Below the pieces are notes generated by a model. The model saw only the letters and a list, made by a program, of their open reading frames with translations, did no database searches and had not been told where the DNA came from. A stretch of 25,376 nucleotides of DNA from a virus (Duplodnaviria; Caudoviricetes), in IMG/VR virus record IMGVR_UViG_3300005522_000014, positions 1 to 25,376 of that record; one strand, 5' to 3'. The translations under genes and the position numbers were made by a program. Of this stretch, positions 1 through 8,995 are shown piece by piece; the first letter of the stretch is position 1, and the number at the start of each line of letters is the position of its first letter.

Positions 1-1
1 A

Positions 2-2074
2 GATGTACTAACAAAATTTGGTGTTCAGGCACAAGATGAGTTAACTCTAGTTGTTTCTAAAGAAAGGTATGATGATTTTATATCTCCATTTCTAAAGTTA
101 TGGCCTGAAGGTGATAGAAAGAATGCCAATACTCCAAATGAAGGAGATTTAATTTATCTTCCTTTGGATAATGCCATATTTGAGATCAAATATATTGAAA
201 GGAAGGTTCCATTCTACCAGATGAATGACCTATTCATGTATGAATTTAGATGTGAAATATTCCAGCCTGAAGATGAGGTTATTGATCTTCCAGATGGATT
301 GACTGATAAAGATGGTGTGGATATTAATGAGGGTATGGTAAGTAAAGGACAGGTTATTACCATACAGATGGAGAAAGAGACTACAAATAATGCAGAAGCT
401 ACTGTATCTCTTGCATCTACTGTTACTGGAGTTAAGTCTGTTCAGTACATTAAGTTGTTTGATGATGGAAATTATCAAGGAACTCCTACTGTTACTGTAC
501 ATAAACCTGGCCAAGGAAATGCGGCAACGGGTTCTGTTACCATTGCAGAGGGTGCCATTAATACAGTATCCATAACAGGTTCTGGATCTAATTACTTAAA
601 AGTTCCTACTGTAAGTTTTACTCCACCAAATAAAACTACTTCAACTCAAATTAAATTTGGAAATAATTCATTAGCACATACTGCCACAACTGATGTGATA
701 GGTGCTAACTTCCACTTTACATCTAATGTAGACTCTAGAGATAGTGGAGATGGTAGATTATCATTTAGTTTCTGGTACTATCCTACTAAGTTTGATGTAG
801 CAGTAAATGGTGCCACTATAATGTGGACAGATAGATTCAAGATATATCAAAGAGAAACAGGTAATATAGTATTTGCTTCTGGTTCTGGATCTATCGAGAA
901 TACCACACAACTCAATCTAAATGCTTGGAACTTTATTAGAGTAGAACAATACAATACTGATGCAACAATATCTGTAAATGGAACTGCAAGTAATACTCTT
1001 AATACATCAAACCCAATCATGTTCTTTGCTGGTGATGTACTGAAGTTAGGTGCAGATACAGCAGGTGCTGGATTCATTCCTACTCAGAAAGAATCTTTTG
1101 AAGGATATTTGGATCATATCACTCTCAACTTGACTGGTGATAATGCTACGAGTGCTACTAGTGCAACTCAGGTTCCAACATCAGAAATACAACAAGAAAC
1201 TGATTCTTCTACATCAACTTCAGCACAATTTGTTAACAAGTTGGATAATGAGTATCCAGTTGTTAATGCAACAATTGATTCCAATAGAGTAGTTAGTGCC
1301 TTAACTGTTGTATCGGAGGGATGGGGATATACCTCTGTTCCTATTATGACTATTGAGTCTCCTGCAACTGGAACACAGGCAACAGCTGTTGCAATTATGA
1401 CTAGTAGGAGTGGTATTCCCAATCAGGCAGTTGATAGAATACTATTAATAAATCCAGGCACAGGATACACTACACCTCCACAAGTTGTATTTACTGGTGG
1501 TAGTCCAGTTACTAATGGTGTTGCAATCGCTACTGCTATTATATCTGAGGCTGTTTTAGGACCTGTTGCAATTGGTACTGGCGGTCAAGGTTATAACTTT
1601 ACACCTACAGTTGGTATTACTTCTGTATGGCCTGCACAGTCTAATGAGACTATAGAACTACTATGGAATGCCAAGGCAGAGGCAGTCATAAGTACTGCTG
1701 GTACTGTTAAAGAAGTTAGATACAGTAACGCTGGTGCTGGTTATACAAATATCAATCCTGTTGTTTCAATATCTTCCGTAACATCTAATTCCTTCGGAGA
1801 ATATGAAGTAGATGAGATAATTAAAGGTGTCTCTACAGGTACAAGTGCATATGTTGCTTCTTGGAATACTGCAGATAATATTCTTAAGGTATCCATTCCA
1901 ACAGGAGACTTTGCTGTTGGTGAAGTCATTGTTGGTGCAGGTGCTAGTTATAGAGTTCAATCAATTCAATCCGAAGTAGATGGTGATAGGGAGTTTGCTC
2001 AGAATGAAACATTCGAGTTTGAAGCAGACCAGATATTAGACTTCTCAGAAAGGAACCCCTTTGGGGAATTCTAA
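2..2074 (+). CDS. gp14: T4-like neck protein gp14 (5'-truncated), elongated by G-x-G-Y..P repeats and a LamG/concanavalin A-like insertion
   Basis: The frame is open from base 2 (DVLTKFGVQAQDELTLVVSKERY...PNEGDLIYLPLDNAIFEIKYIERKVPFYQ...YEFRCEIF), so the track start at 164 (TTG) is internal. C-terminus ILDFSERNPFGEF is typical of gp14, and the gene directly precedes gp15. Confidence 0.88.
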   Translation, partial: DVLTKFGVQAQDELTLVVSKERYDDFISPFLKLWPEGDRKNANTPNEGDLIYLPLDNAIFEIKYIERKVPFYQMNDLFMYEFRCEIFQPEDEVIDLPDGLTDKDGVDINEGMVSKGQVITIQMEKETTNNAEATVSLASTVTGVKSVQYIKLFDDGNYQGTPTVTVHKPGQGNAATGSVTIAEGAINTVSITGSGSNYLKVPTVSFTPPNKTTSTQIKFGNNSLAHTATTDVIGANFHFTSNVDSRDSGDGRLSFSFWYYPTKFDVAVNGATIMWTDRFKIYQRETGNIVFASGSGSIENTTQLNLNAWNFIRVEQYNTDATISVNGTASNTLNTSNPIMFFAGDVLKLGADTAGAGFIPTQKESFEGYLDHITLNLTGDNATSATSATQVPTSEIQQETDSSTSTSAQFVNKLDNEYPVVNATIDSNRVVSALTVVSEGWGYTSVPIMTIESPATGTQATAVAIMTSRSGIPNQAVDRILLINPGTGYTTPPQVVFTGGSPVTNGVAIATAIISEAVLGPVAIGTGGQGYNFTPTVGITSVWPAQSNETIELLWNAKAEAVISTAGTVKEVRYSNAGAGYTNINPVVSISSVTSNSFGEYEVDEIIKGVSTGTSAYVASWNTADNILKVSIPTGDFAVGEVIVGAGASYRVQSIQSEVDGDREFAQNETFEFEADQILDFSERNPFGEF

Positions 2075-2077
2075 ATA
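2071..2077 (+). promoter_or_regulatory. Late (gp55-type) promoter box CTAAATA for gp15
   Basis: CTAAATA overlaps the gp14 stop, 21 nt before the gp15 ATG; variant of T4 TATAAATA. Confidence 0.6.
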
Positions 2078-2098
2078 GTTTTATAAAGTTGTAATATT

Positions 2099-3163
2099 AT
2101 GTTAACGAATCATTTCTATCATGAGATAATGAGGAAGACAATTGTGTCTTTCGGAACCCTATTTAATAATATTGAGATCCAACATACTGATAAGGCTGGA
2201 AAGGTTGTTAGTGTTGTAAAGGTTCCAATTTCTTATGGCCCTCAACAGAAATTCTTAGCAAGAGTAAGTCAAGGTAGAGAATATTCTCAGGATGTGGGAA
2301 CTACTCTTACATTGCCTAGGATGTCATTTGAGGTTATGGGTATGAATTACGATTCTACTCGTAAGGTTTCAACAATGCAAACCTTTAAGGCAGTTAATAA
2401 GACTACCAATAAATTGATTAAAGGGTATATGCCCGTACCATATAATATTAATATGCAACTGAGTATCCTTTCTAAACTCAATGAGGATGCAATACAGATT
2501 TTAGAACAGATACTACCATATTTTCAACCAGCATTTAATCTCACTATTGACTTAGTAGATGTTATTGGAGAGAAGAGAGATATGCCAATAACTCTGGAAG
2601 GAATCCAGATGGAAGATAATTATGAAGATGATTTCCTTACTAGAAGGGCATTAATATATACGTTGAACTTCACTTGCAAGACATATCTATTCGGACCTAT
2701 TGCTAATAATAGTGATGGATTGATTAAGAAAGTACAGGCAGATTATGCTACTGATACTACAAACATCAAGACTGCACCTAGACAGATTAGATATCAGGCA
2801 GTTCCTGCTGCAATTAAGGATTACACTAATGATGACACCGCAAGAACGAATGAAACATTTGATACTAAGAAGACGGAATTTGATGTTAATAGTGCAACCC
2901 CATTTAGGAAAGGAGATTATATACAAATAGATGAAGAGAAGATGTTGGTCAGTCTAATAACTGGCAACAGAATAAAGGTCAAGAGAGCACAACTTGGAAG
3001 TGTCATCAAACCACATGATATTAATGTTCCAATTAATATAATTAATGTACAAGATGATGAACAGGTAGTTGAGGGTGATGACTTTGGATTTGGTGAAACT
3101 AAGACTGAGTTTTCTGATGGATCAGTATACAGTGTCGCACAAGGAATGGATTCTGACTTATGA
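2099..3163 (+). CDS. gp15: Tail sheath stabilizer / tail completion protein gp15
   Basis: FYHEIMRKTIVSFGTLFNNI, KVPISYGPQQKFLAR, LPRMSFE, QILEQILPYFQP and RRALIYTLNF motifs; position between gp14 and gp16. Confidence 0.93.
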   Translation: MLTNHFYHEIMRKTIVSFGTLFNNIEIQHTDKAGKVVSVVKVPISYGPQQKFLARVSQGREYSQDVGTTLTLPRMSFEVMGMNYDSTRKVSTMQTFKAVNKTTNKLIKGYMPVPYNINMQLSILSKLNEDAIQILEQILPYFQPAFNLTIDLVDVIGEKRDMPITLEGIQMEDNYEDDFLTRRALIYTLNFTCKTYLFGPIANNSDGLIKKVQADYATDTTNIKTAPRQIRYQAVPAAIKDYTNDDTARTNETFDTKKTEFDVNSATPFRKGDYIQIDEEKMLVSLITGNRIKVKRAQLGSVIKPHDINVPINIINVQDDEQVVEGDDFGFGETKTEFSDGSVYSVAQGMDSDL

Positions 3164-3588
3164 AGAATGAATTTGATACTATAGATGATGCTTTGGAAGT
3201 TTCTGCTGAGATCATAAAAGAACCAGTAAAGAGTCCTACAAGAACAAGTATCAAGAGGCCTAAAGGTGATTCACCAGAGATTCAAAAGGATTATGAGTAT
3301 AGTAGAGCTCAGTTATATTCTCTGATAGAGAAGGGACAGGAAGCAGTTGATGGTATACTTGAAGTTGCACAAGAATCTGAGTCTGCAAGATCATATGAAG
3401 TTGCTGGTCAGTTGATCAAACACGTTGCTGACACTGCTGATAAGTTAATGGATCTTCAGAAAAAGGTTAAAGATATTGAAGAGGTAGATAATAAGAAAAC
3501 TACTCAAGTAACTAATAATTCATTGTTTGTTGGAAGTACTGCTGAATTGCAGAAGATGCTTAAACAGACCATGAAGGATTCTAAATAG
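3160..3588 (+). CDS. gp16: Terminase small subunit gp16
   Basis: DYEYSRAQLYSLIEKGQEA..A..SESARSYEVAGQLIK and NNSLFVGSTAELQKML motifs; ATGA overlap with gp15. Confidence 0.92.
   Translation: MKNEFDTIDDALEVSAEIIKEPVKSPTRTSIKRPKGDSPEIQKDYEYSRAQLYSLIEKGQEAVDGILEVAQESESARSYEVAGQLIKHVADTADKLMDLQKKVKDIEEVDNKKTTQVTNNSLFVGSTAELQKMLKQTMKDSK
3581..3587 (+). promoter_or_regulatory. Late promoter box CTAAATA
   Basis: Same ATTCTAAATAG 11-mer as at 2068-2078; overlaps the gp16 stop, upstream of ORF 3611 and gp17. Confidence 0.55.
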
Positions 3589-3610
3589 ACACGGAGACCT
3601 GCGTTCTACT

Positions 3611-3859
3611 ATGAAATCATATAGAAACCTAAAAGAAGAAAATTGGAGGAGGTTGAATAAGTATGGCGCAACTTATTCGATAACTTTTATCTTCAGAGGT
3701 AACACTAAGTTTATTCAGATGTTCTTCCCTCAGAGATCTAGACCTCTCAAAAGAGATGTTCAAGGTGAGTTGGAGAAAGTATATCCAGGCGGTAAAGTTA
3801 TATACTTCTGTCCTTCTGATAAAGACCCCACTAAACCTTTACTTGTAATTGATCCCTGA
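3611..3859 (+). CDS. Hypothetical protein (82 aa) between gp16 and gp17
   Basis: ATG start, upstream GGAG, TGATG coupling to gp17; fills the intergenic gap. Confidence 0.75.
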   Translation: MKSYRNLKEENWRRLNKYGATYSITFIFRGNTKFIQMFFPQRSRPLKRDVQGELEKVYPGGKVIYFCPSDKDPTKPLLVIDP

Positions 3860-5517
3860 TGGCTAAAGAATCTGATAATGTATATCTTGGTAACCCGAAT
3901 CTAAAGAAAGCCAATACCCCGATTAATTTCACTAAGAAGCAAGTTGCTGAGTATCTTAAGTGTAAAGATGATCCCGTATATTTTACCGAGAAGTTTATAA
4001 AAATTATCAACTTGGATGAAGGTCTTGTACCTTTTGACATGTATCCATTTCAAAGGAAGTTAATTCATAATTTCCATAGTGGTAGATTTAATATATGTAA
4101 GATGCCTCGACAGTCAGGTAAATCAACGACTGTGGTATCTTATCTTTTGCATTATGCATTGTTCAATGACAGTGTAACTATAGGTATTCTTGCAAACAAA
4201 GCTGCAACTGCTAGGGATCTACTAGGTAGATTGCAGATTGCATATGAGGCATTACCTAAGTGGATGCAACAAGGTATTATTGCATGGAACAAAGGTTCTA
4301 TGGAATTAGAGAATAAGTCTAAGATTGTTGCTGCATCTACCTCTGCATCTGCGGTTCGGGGTATGTCATTCAACATCATATTCCTAGACGAATTTGCGTT
4401 CATTCCCAACCATATTGCAGATGATTTCTTTAGTAGTGTATATCCTACTATTAGTTCTGGTAAGTCTACTAAGGTAATTATTGTTTCTACCCCTCGTGGT
4501 ATGAATCATTTTTACCGATTGTGGCATGATGCAGAACTTGGTAGAAACGAGTATATAACTACGGACGTTCACTGGTCAGAAGTGCCAGGCAGAGATGATG
4601 ACTGGAAGGAACAGACAATTAAGAACACATCAGAAGCACAGTTCCGTGTTGAGTTTGAGTGTGAGTTCTTAGGATCTGTTGATACTTTAATATCTCCAGC
4701 CAAGTTAAAGGCGATGTCATATGATGATCCAATCGGTAGAGGTGAGAGAGGTGGAGAGATATATGAGAACCCAGTAGATAAACATAATTATGTAATTACT
4801 GTTGACGTTGCAAGGGGTGTGGAGAAAGATTACTCTGCCTTTATTGTATTTGATACTACTACATTCCCCTATAGAGTAGTTGCTAAGTATAGGAATAATC
4901 ATATAAAACCAATGTTGTTCCCTAGTGTTATTATTCAATTTGCAAAGGCATATAATAATGCATATCTTTTATGTGAAGTAAATGATGTAGGGGATCAAAT
5001 TGCATCTATACTCTTCTATGATATGGAATATGAAAATGTTCTAATGACTGCGATGAGAGGTAGGGCTGGTCAAGTATTAGGACAAGGATTCTCTGGTAGT
5101 AAAGTTCAACTAGGAGTCAAGATGTCTAAGACGGTTAAGAAGATGGGTGCATTAAACCTAAAGACTCTTGTTGAATCAGATAAACTTTTAATTAATGACT
5201 ATAACATTATTGCAGAATTAACTACCTTTATCGAAAAGGCAAATTCATTTGAGGCAGAAGAAGGTTGTAATGATGACTTAGCAATGTGTCTTGTTATATT
5301 TGCATGGTTGGTAGTACAGGATTATTTCAAGGAGATGACTGACGATGATATTAGAAAGAGGGTATATGATGATCAAAGAGATCAGATAGAACAAGATATG
5401 GCACCATTCGGATTTATTAATGATGGTACTGAAGAGTCCTCATTCGTTGATACTGATGGAACTAGATGGAATGTAGATGAGTATGGTGATCGTTCTTATA
5501 TGTGGGATTACATGTAA
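3859..5517 (+). CDS. gp17: Terminase large subunit gp17
   Basis: YLGNPNLK N-terminus, Walker A PRQSGKST, Walker B IIFLDEFAF, coupling motif VSTPRG, RNase H-like nuclease VDVARG...DYSA...NDDLAM. Confidence 0.97.
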   Translation: MAKESDNVYLGNPNLKKANTPINFTKKQVAEYLKCKDDPVYFTEKFIKIINLDEGLVPFDMYPFQRKLIHNFHSGRFNICKMPRQSGKSTTVVSYLLHYALFNDSVTIGILANKAATARDLLGRLQIAYEALPKWMQQGIIAWNKGSMELENKSKIVAASTSASAVRGMSFNIIFLDEFAFIPNHIADDFFSSVYPTISSGKSTKVIIVSTPRGMNHFYRLWHDAELGRNEYITTDVHWSEVPGRDDDWKEQTIKNTSEAQFRVEFECEFLGSVDTLISPAKLKAMSYDDPIGRGERGGEIYENPVDKHNYVITVDVARGVEKDYSAFIVFDTTTFPYRVVAKYRNNHIKPMLFPSVIIQFAKAYNNAYLLCEVNDVGDQIASILFYDMEYENVLMTAMRGRAGQVLGQGFSGSKVQLGVKMSKTVKKMGALNLKTLVESDKLLINDYNIIAELTTFIEKANSFEAEEGCNDDLAMCLVIFAWLVVQDYFKEMTDDDIRKRVYDDQRDQIEQDMAPFGFINDGTEESSFVDTDGTRWNVDEYGDRSYMWDYM

Positions 5518-5524
5518 TAATAAA

Positions 5525-5746
5525 ATGGATTTAGATGATGAATTTGATTTAGGACATTTGGTATTACACGAGAGAAAGTGTAGGGTCTGCAATCAAACTA
5601 AAAATTTAACAGATGGGTTCTATCTAACCAGAAAGAATAGAGGTGCATTGCCATCATCTTATTCTTATGAGTGTAAGACATGTACCATAAAGAGAGTGAA
5701 ATCTAAAAGAAAACGAAACAAACCAGAGATATATCCTGATTGGTAG
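5525..5746 (+). CDS. Small Zn-ribbon protein (73 aa; CxxC...CxxC) with basic C-terminus
   Basis: Likely start MDLDDEF at 5525, just after the gp17 stop. Contains CRVC...FY...YECKTC and a KRVKSKRKR tail ending YPDW. Confidence 0.75.
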   Translation: MDLDDEFDLGHLVLHERKCRVCNQTKNLTDGFYLTRKNRGALPSSYSYECKTCTIKRVKSKRKRNKPEIYPDW

Positions 5747-5786
5747 GGTGTTCATGTACCGTTTCCCCACTGAAAACACCCAAACA

Positions 5787-5793
5787 ATAAATA
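5787..5793 (+). promoter_or_regulatory. Late promoter box ATAAATA for gp18
   Basis: Intergenic AATAAATA 40 nt before the gp18 ATG; RBS GAGGA at 5821-5825. Confidence 0.7.
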
Positions 5794-5833
5794 AGTTGTA
5801 GTAGAAAACATTAAGTTTCCGAGGAATACTAAC

Positions 5834-8254
5834 ATGACGCTTAATCTAGTATCTCCAGGCGTTAAGGTACGAGAAGTTGACCTAACTGTCGGAAGGATTG
5901 ACGGCATCAACGATCAAGTAGGTGCAATTGCAGGACCATTTGAGAAAGGACCTGTTAATGAGCCAGTTCTAATCGAGACAGAGGCCGACCTTTTAGAGAC
6001 GTTTGGTTCACCAAAAAGTGCCGATGCCCAGTATGAGTACTGGATGAGTGCATCTGCTTATCTTTCATACGGTGGAATTCTTAGAGTTCTAAGAACATCC
6101 AACCCAACATTATCCAATGCTAACGCACCAGTTGGTGTTGCGATAACCAATCTTTCGATTGGATCTTCTGAAGATTATTACAACAACAGATCAGATGATA
6201 CTGAGTGGTTATATGCCGCAAGGAACCCTGGCTCTTGGGCAAATGATCTTAAGATTTGCACAATCGACTCACAGGCAGACCAAATAGTTGCTATAGGTAC
6301 TGATGGTCTTGTAGTAGGATACGCTGTTACTGCTGGATTCTCAACTAGTGTTGCACAAACTGACGGAACCGTTGGTGTTCAAACTGGTTATATAAAAGGA
6401 ATCATCACAGGAATTAATGAAGGATCAGTTGATGTTAAAGTCGTAAGTAAGCACAACGTTACAACAGACGTATGGAGTGCGATTGATTACGAAGAAGGAT
6501 CAACAACTGCAGCTTTCCAAGGATACGACGCTGGTGTTTACGGCGAGTATGCTAATGCTGTTACAACAGTAAACCACCCTAACCGTCTTAAAGTTTTTAA
6601 TGCTTCTGGGACTCAACAGAGAGTAGAAAGACAGAGATTCCAAGCTTCAGTTGGAATCGGTTCTACAGTTATTGCTTATGCCTCTGACTTCAGTGCGCTT
6701 AAGTCTGGTCCTGGCGATCAAGTTAAGTCACTTAACGGAACTTACACAGGAACCATTGTTTCTTATGCAACAACTGGTGGTGTTGGTCAAATCATAATGG
6801 ACACCGCAGCAACTGTTGCGTTTGCGAACACAGACTTCCTCGTTATGTCTGGTATTGATAGTGGAATTTACCTAAGAGAAGGTAACACTGTTACTGACTG
6901 GTACGATTCACAGACTCTTGGACTTACAAACAGTACAGTCTACTGGAAACAGGTTGCTGATCGTCCTACAACTACAGAATATGCTAAGGAAAGGAATTCT
7001 AAGAATGACGAGTTCCACGTTCTTATCGTTGATGACACTGGTAAGGTAACTGGTAGTTCTGGAAACATTGTAGAGAAGTGGACTGGATTATCTAAGGCAA
7101 GTGATGCCAAAGTTTCTCCTTCTACAGACATCTTCTATAAGAACTACGTTGCAAACTTCTCCAACTATGCATTTGTTGGTGCTGCTCAAACTGGTCTCGG
7201 TCTGAAGCATACAGCATTAGGTGGATACACCATTGATGCAACTGGTGTTTGGAATACAAAGGCACAAGGAGTAACATTCAATGGTGCTGGTCCTAAGACA
7301 TTCTCACTTGCAGATGGAAATGATTACGGTGGAACTGACAAGTATGCTTGCACATTAGGAGACATTGTAACTTCTTACACTGTTCTTGATAATCCTGCAG
7401 AGTACTCTGTTAACTACCTTATCCAAGGTCCTTCTAGTGGAGACAACATTTATGAGGCACAGGCTAAGGCAAACAAACTGTTAAGCATTGCTTCTGTACG
7501 TAAGGATTGCATCGCATGTATTTCACCTTACAGAGCTGGAGTTGTTGGTCTAACAAATTCTGATCAACAAACAAACAATATCATTGCTTTCTATGATAGT
7601 TTGACTTCTACATCTTACGGTGTATTTGACTCTGGTTATAAGTACACCTACGATAGGTTCAATAACACATTCCGTTATGTACCTCTAAATGGTGACGTTG
7701 CTGGATTGATGGCAAGAACATCCATTCAGTCTTATCCTTGGTTCTCACCTGCTGGTGCAACTAGAGGAAACATCAACAATGCAATTAAACTTGCATACAA
7801 CCCATCACAAGCACAGAGAGATGAGTTATATCCTAAGAGGATTAACCCAGTTGTATTCTCTGCTGGTGCTGGTATAGTTCTATTCGGTGACAAAACTGCA
7901 CAGAAAGAGGCATCTGCCTTCGATAGAATTAATGTTCGTCGCTTGTTCCTTACAATTGAGGGTACAATCGAGAGAGCCGCAAGATCACAACTCTTTGAGT
8001 TCAACGATGATCTTACAAGAACAAACTTCTTGAATATTGTTGAACCATATCTTCGTGATGTCAAAGCTAAGAGAGGTATTACCGACTTCGTAGTCATCTG
8101 TGATGAGTCTAATAACACACCTGCTGTTATAGATTCAAATACCTTCAAGGCAGACATCTTCGTTAAGCCTGCACGTTCTATTAACTTCATTGGTCTAACC
8201 TTTGTTGCTACAAGAACTGGTATTAGCTTCGATGAAGTTGTTGGCTCTGTCTAA
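5834..8254 (+). CDS. gp18: Tail sheath protein gp18
   Basis: LVSPGVKVREVDLT N-terminus; PWFSPAG, RDELYPKRINPV, FGDKT, FDRINVRRLF, FEFND and KPARSINFI C-terminal motifs. Confidence 0.97.
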   Translation: MTLNLVSPGVKVREVDLTVGRIDGINDQVGAIAGPFEKGPVNEPVLIETEADLLETFGSPKSADAQYEYWMSASAYLSYGGILRVLRTSNPTLSNANAPVGVAITNLSIGSSEDYYNNRSDDTEWLYAARNPGSWANDLKICTIDSQADQIVAIGTDGLVVGYAVTAGFSTSVAQTDGTVGVQTGYIKGIITGINEGSVDVKVVSKHNVTTDVWSAIDYEEGSTTAAFQGYDAGVYGEYANAVTTVNHPNRLKVFNASGTQQRVERQRFQASVGIGSTVIAYASDFSALKSGPGDQVKSLNGTYTGTIVSYATTGGVGQIIMDTAATVAFANTDFLVMSGIDSGIYLREGNTVTDWYDSQTLGLTNSTVYWKQVADRPTTTEYAKERNSKNDEFHVLIVDDTGKVTGSSGNIVEKWTGLSKASDAKVSPSTDIFYKNYVANFSNYAFVGAAQTGLGLKHTALGGYTIDATGVWNTKAQGVTFNGAGPKTFSLADGNDYGGTDKYACTLGDIVTSYTVLDNPAEYSVNYLIQGPSSGDNIYEAQAKANKLLSIASVRKDCIACISPYRAGVVGLTNSDQQTNNIIAFYDSLTSTSYGVFDSGYKYTYDRFNNTFRYVPLNGDVAGLMARTSIQSYPWFSPAGATRGNINNAIKLAYNPSQAQRDELYPKRINPVVFSAGAGIVLFGDKTAQKEASAFDRINVRRLFLTIEGTIERAARSQLFEFNDDLTRTNFLNIVEPYLRDVKAKRGITDFVVICDESNNTPAVIDSNTFKADIFVKPARSINFIGLTFVATRTGISFDEVVGSV

Positions 8255-8268
8255 TTTCTAACCCCTTA

Positions 8269-8275
8269 CTAAATA
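8269..8275 (+). promoter_or_regulatory. Late promoter box CTAAATA for gp19
   Basis: Intergenic ACTAAATA before RBS GAGGA and the ATG at 8300. Confidence 0.65.
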
Positions 8276-8299
8276 CATACGAAGAGAGGACTTAAAACA

Positions 8300-8950
8300 A
8301 TGCCTACCAAGAACTTACCAAATATAGGTGCCAGGACGATTAACTCGTTCAGGTCAAAACTTATCGGTGGTGGTGCAAGGCCTAATCTATTTGAAGTTGT
8401 ACTTCAATTTCCTGATGGTGTAGGCATAGATGCTAATGCACCAGAGGATTCAAGGTTTATGGTGAAAGCCGCAAACCTTCCTGCATCAAACATCAACGTG
8501 ATTGATGTTCCTTTCAGAGGAAGGAATCTCAAGATTGCTGGTGACCGCACATTTGATGTGTGGACAATCACTGTCATCAACGACACTACATTCAATCTCA
8601 GAAATGCTTTTGAATTGTGGATGAATGGAATCAACAAACATGATAATGCTACTGGAGAAACAACTCCTGCGGATTATCAGACTGACGCTATGGTTTATCA
8701 GTTGGGAAGATCAACTGTTAATTCTGCACAAGGTAATGATGGTTCTATTCAAGGTCAGAATGACAAATTACCAGTATTAAAGTCTTACAAATTCCACGGG
8801 ATATTCCCAACAAACCTTAGTGCGATTGAGTTATCATACGATCAACCTGATACAATAGAAGAGTTCACTGTTGACCTACAGGTTCAGTGGTGGGATGCTT
8901 TTAAAGGTGGTCAAGATTCTTCTATGCTTGGTTCAGATCCTAACGCTTAA
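8300..8950 (+). CDS. gp19: Tail tube protein gp19
   Basis: GGARPNLFEV, KAANLPAS, FRGRNLKIAGDRTFDVWTITVIND and IELSYD..IEEFTV motifs. Confidence 0.96.
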   Translation: MPTKNLPNIGARTINSFRSKLIGGGARPNLFEVVLQFPDGVGIDANAPEDSRFMVKAANLPASNINVIDVPFRGRNLKIAGDRTFDVWTITVINDTTFNLRNAFELWMNGINKHDNATGETTPADYQTDAMVYQLGRSTVNSAQGNDGSIQGQNDKLPVLKSYKFHGIFPTNLSAIELSYDQPDTIEEFTVDLQVQWWDAFKGGQDSSMLGSDPNA

Positions 8951-8958
8951 ACATCTTA

Positions 8959-8966
8959 TATAAATA
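8959..8966 (+). promoter_or_regulatory. Consensus T4 late promoter TATAAATA for gp20
   Basis: Exact TATAAATA in the gp19-gp20 intergenic region. Confidence 0.78.
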
Positions 8967-8995
8967 ACTGGGAAGGCCCAGTATGAAGTGAATTA

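Noticed and set aside
164-166. Track start of the 636-aa ORF
   Set aside because: It is an internal TTG; the frame is open from base 2 with gp14-like sequence, so the gene starts before the window.
5477-5524. Track start for the Zn-ribbon ORF
   Set aside because: Overlaps the gp17 3' end; ATG 5525 just after the gp17 stop is more plausible.
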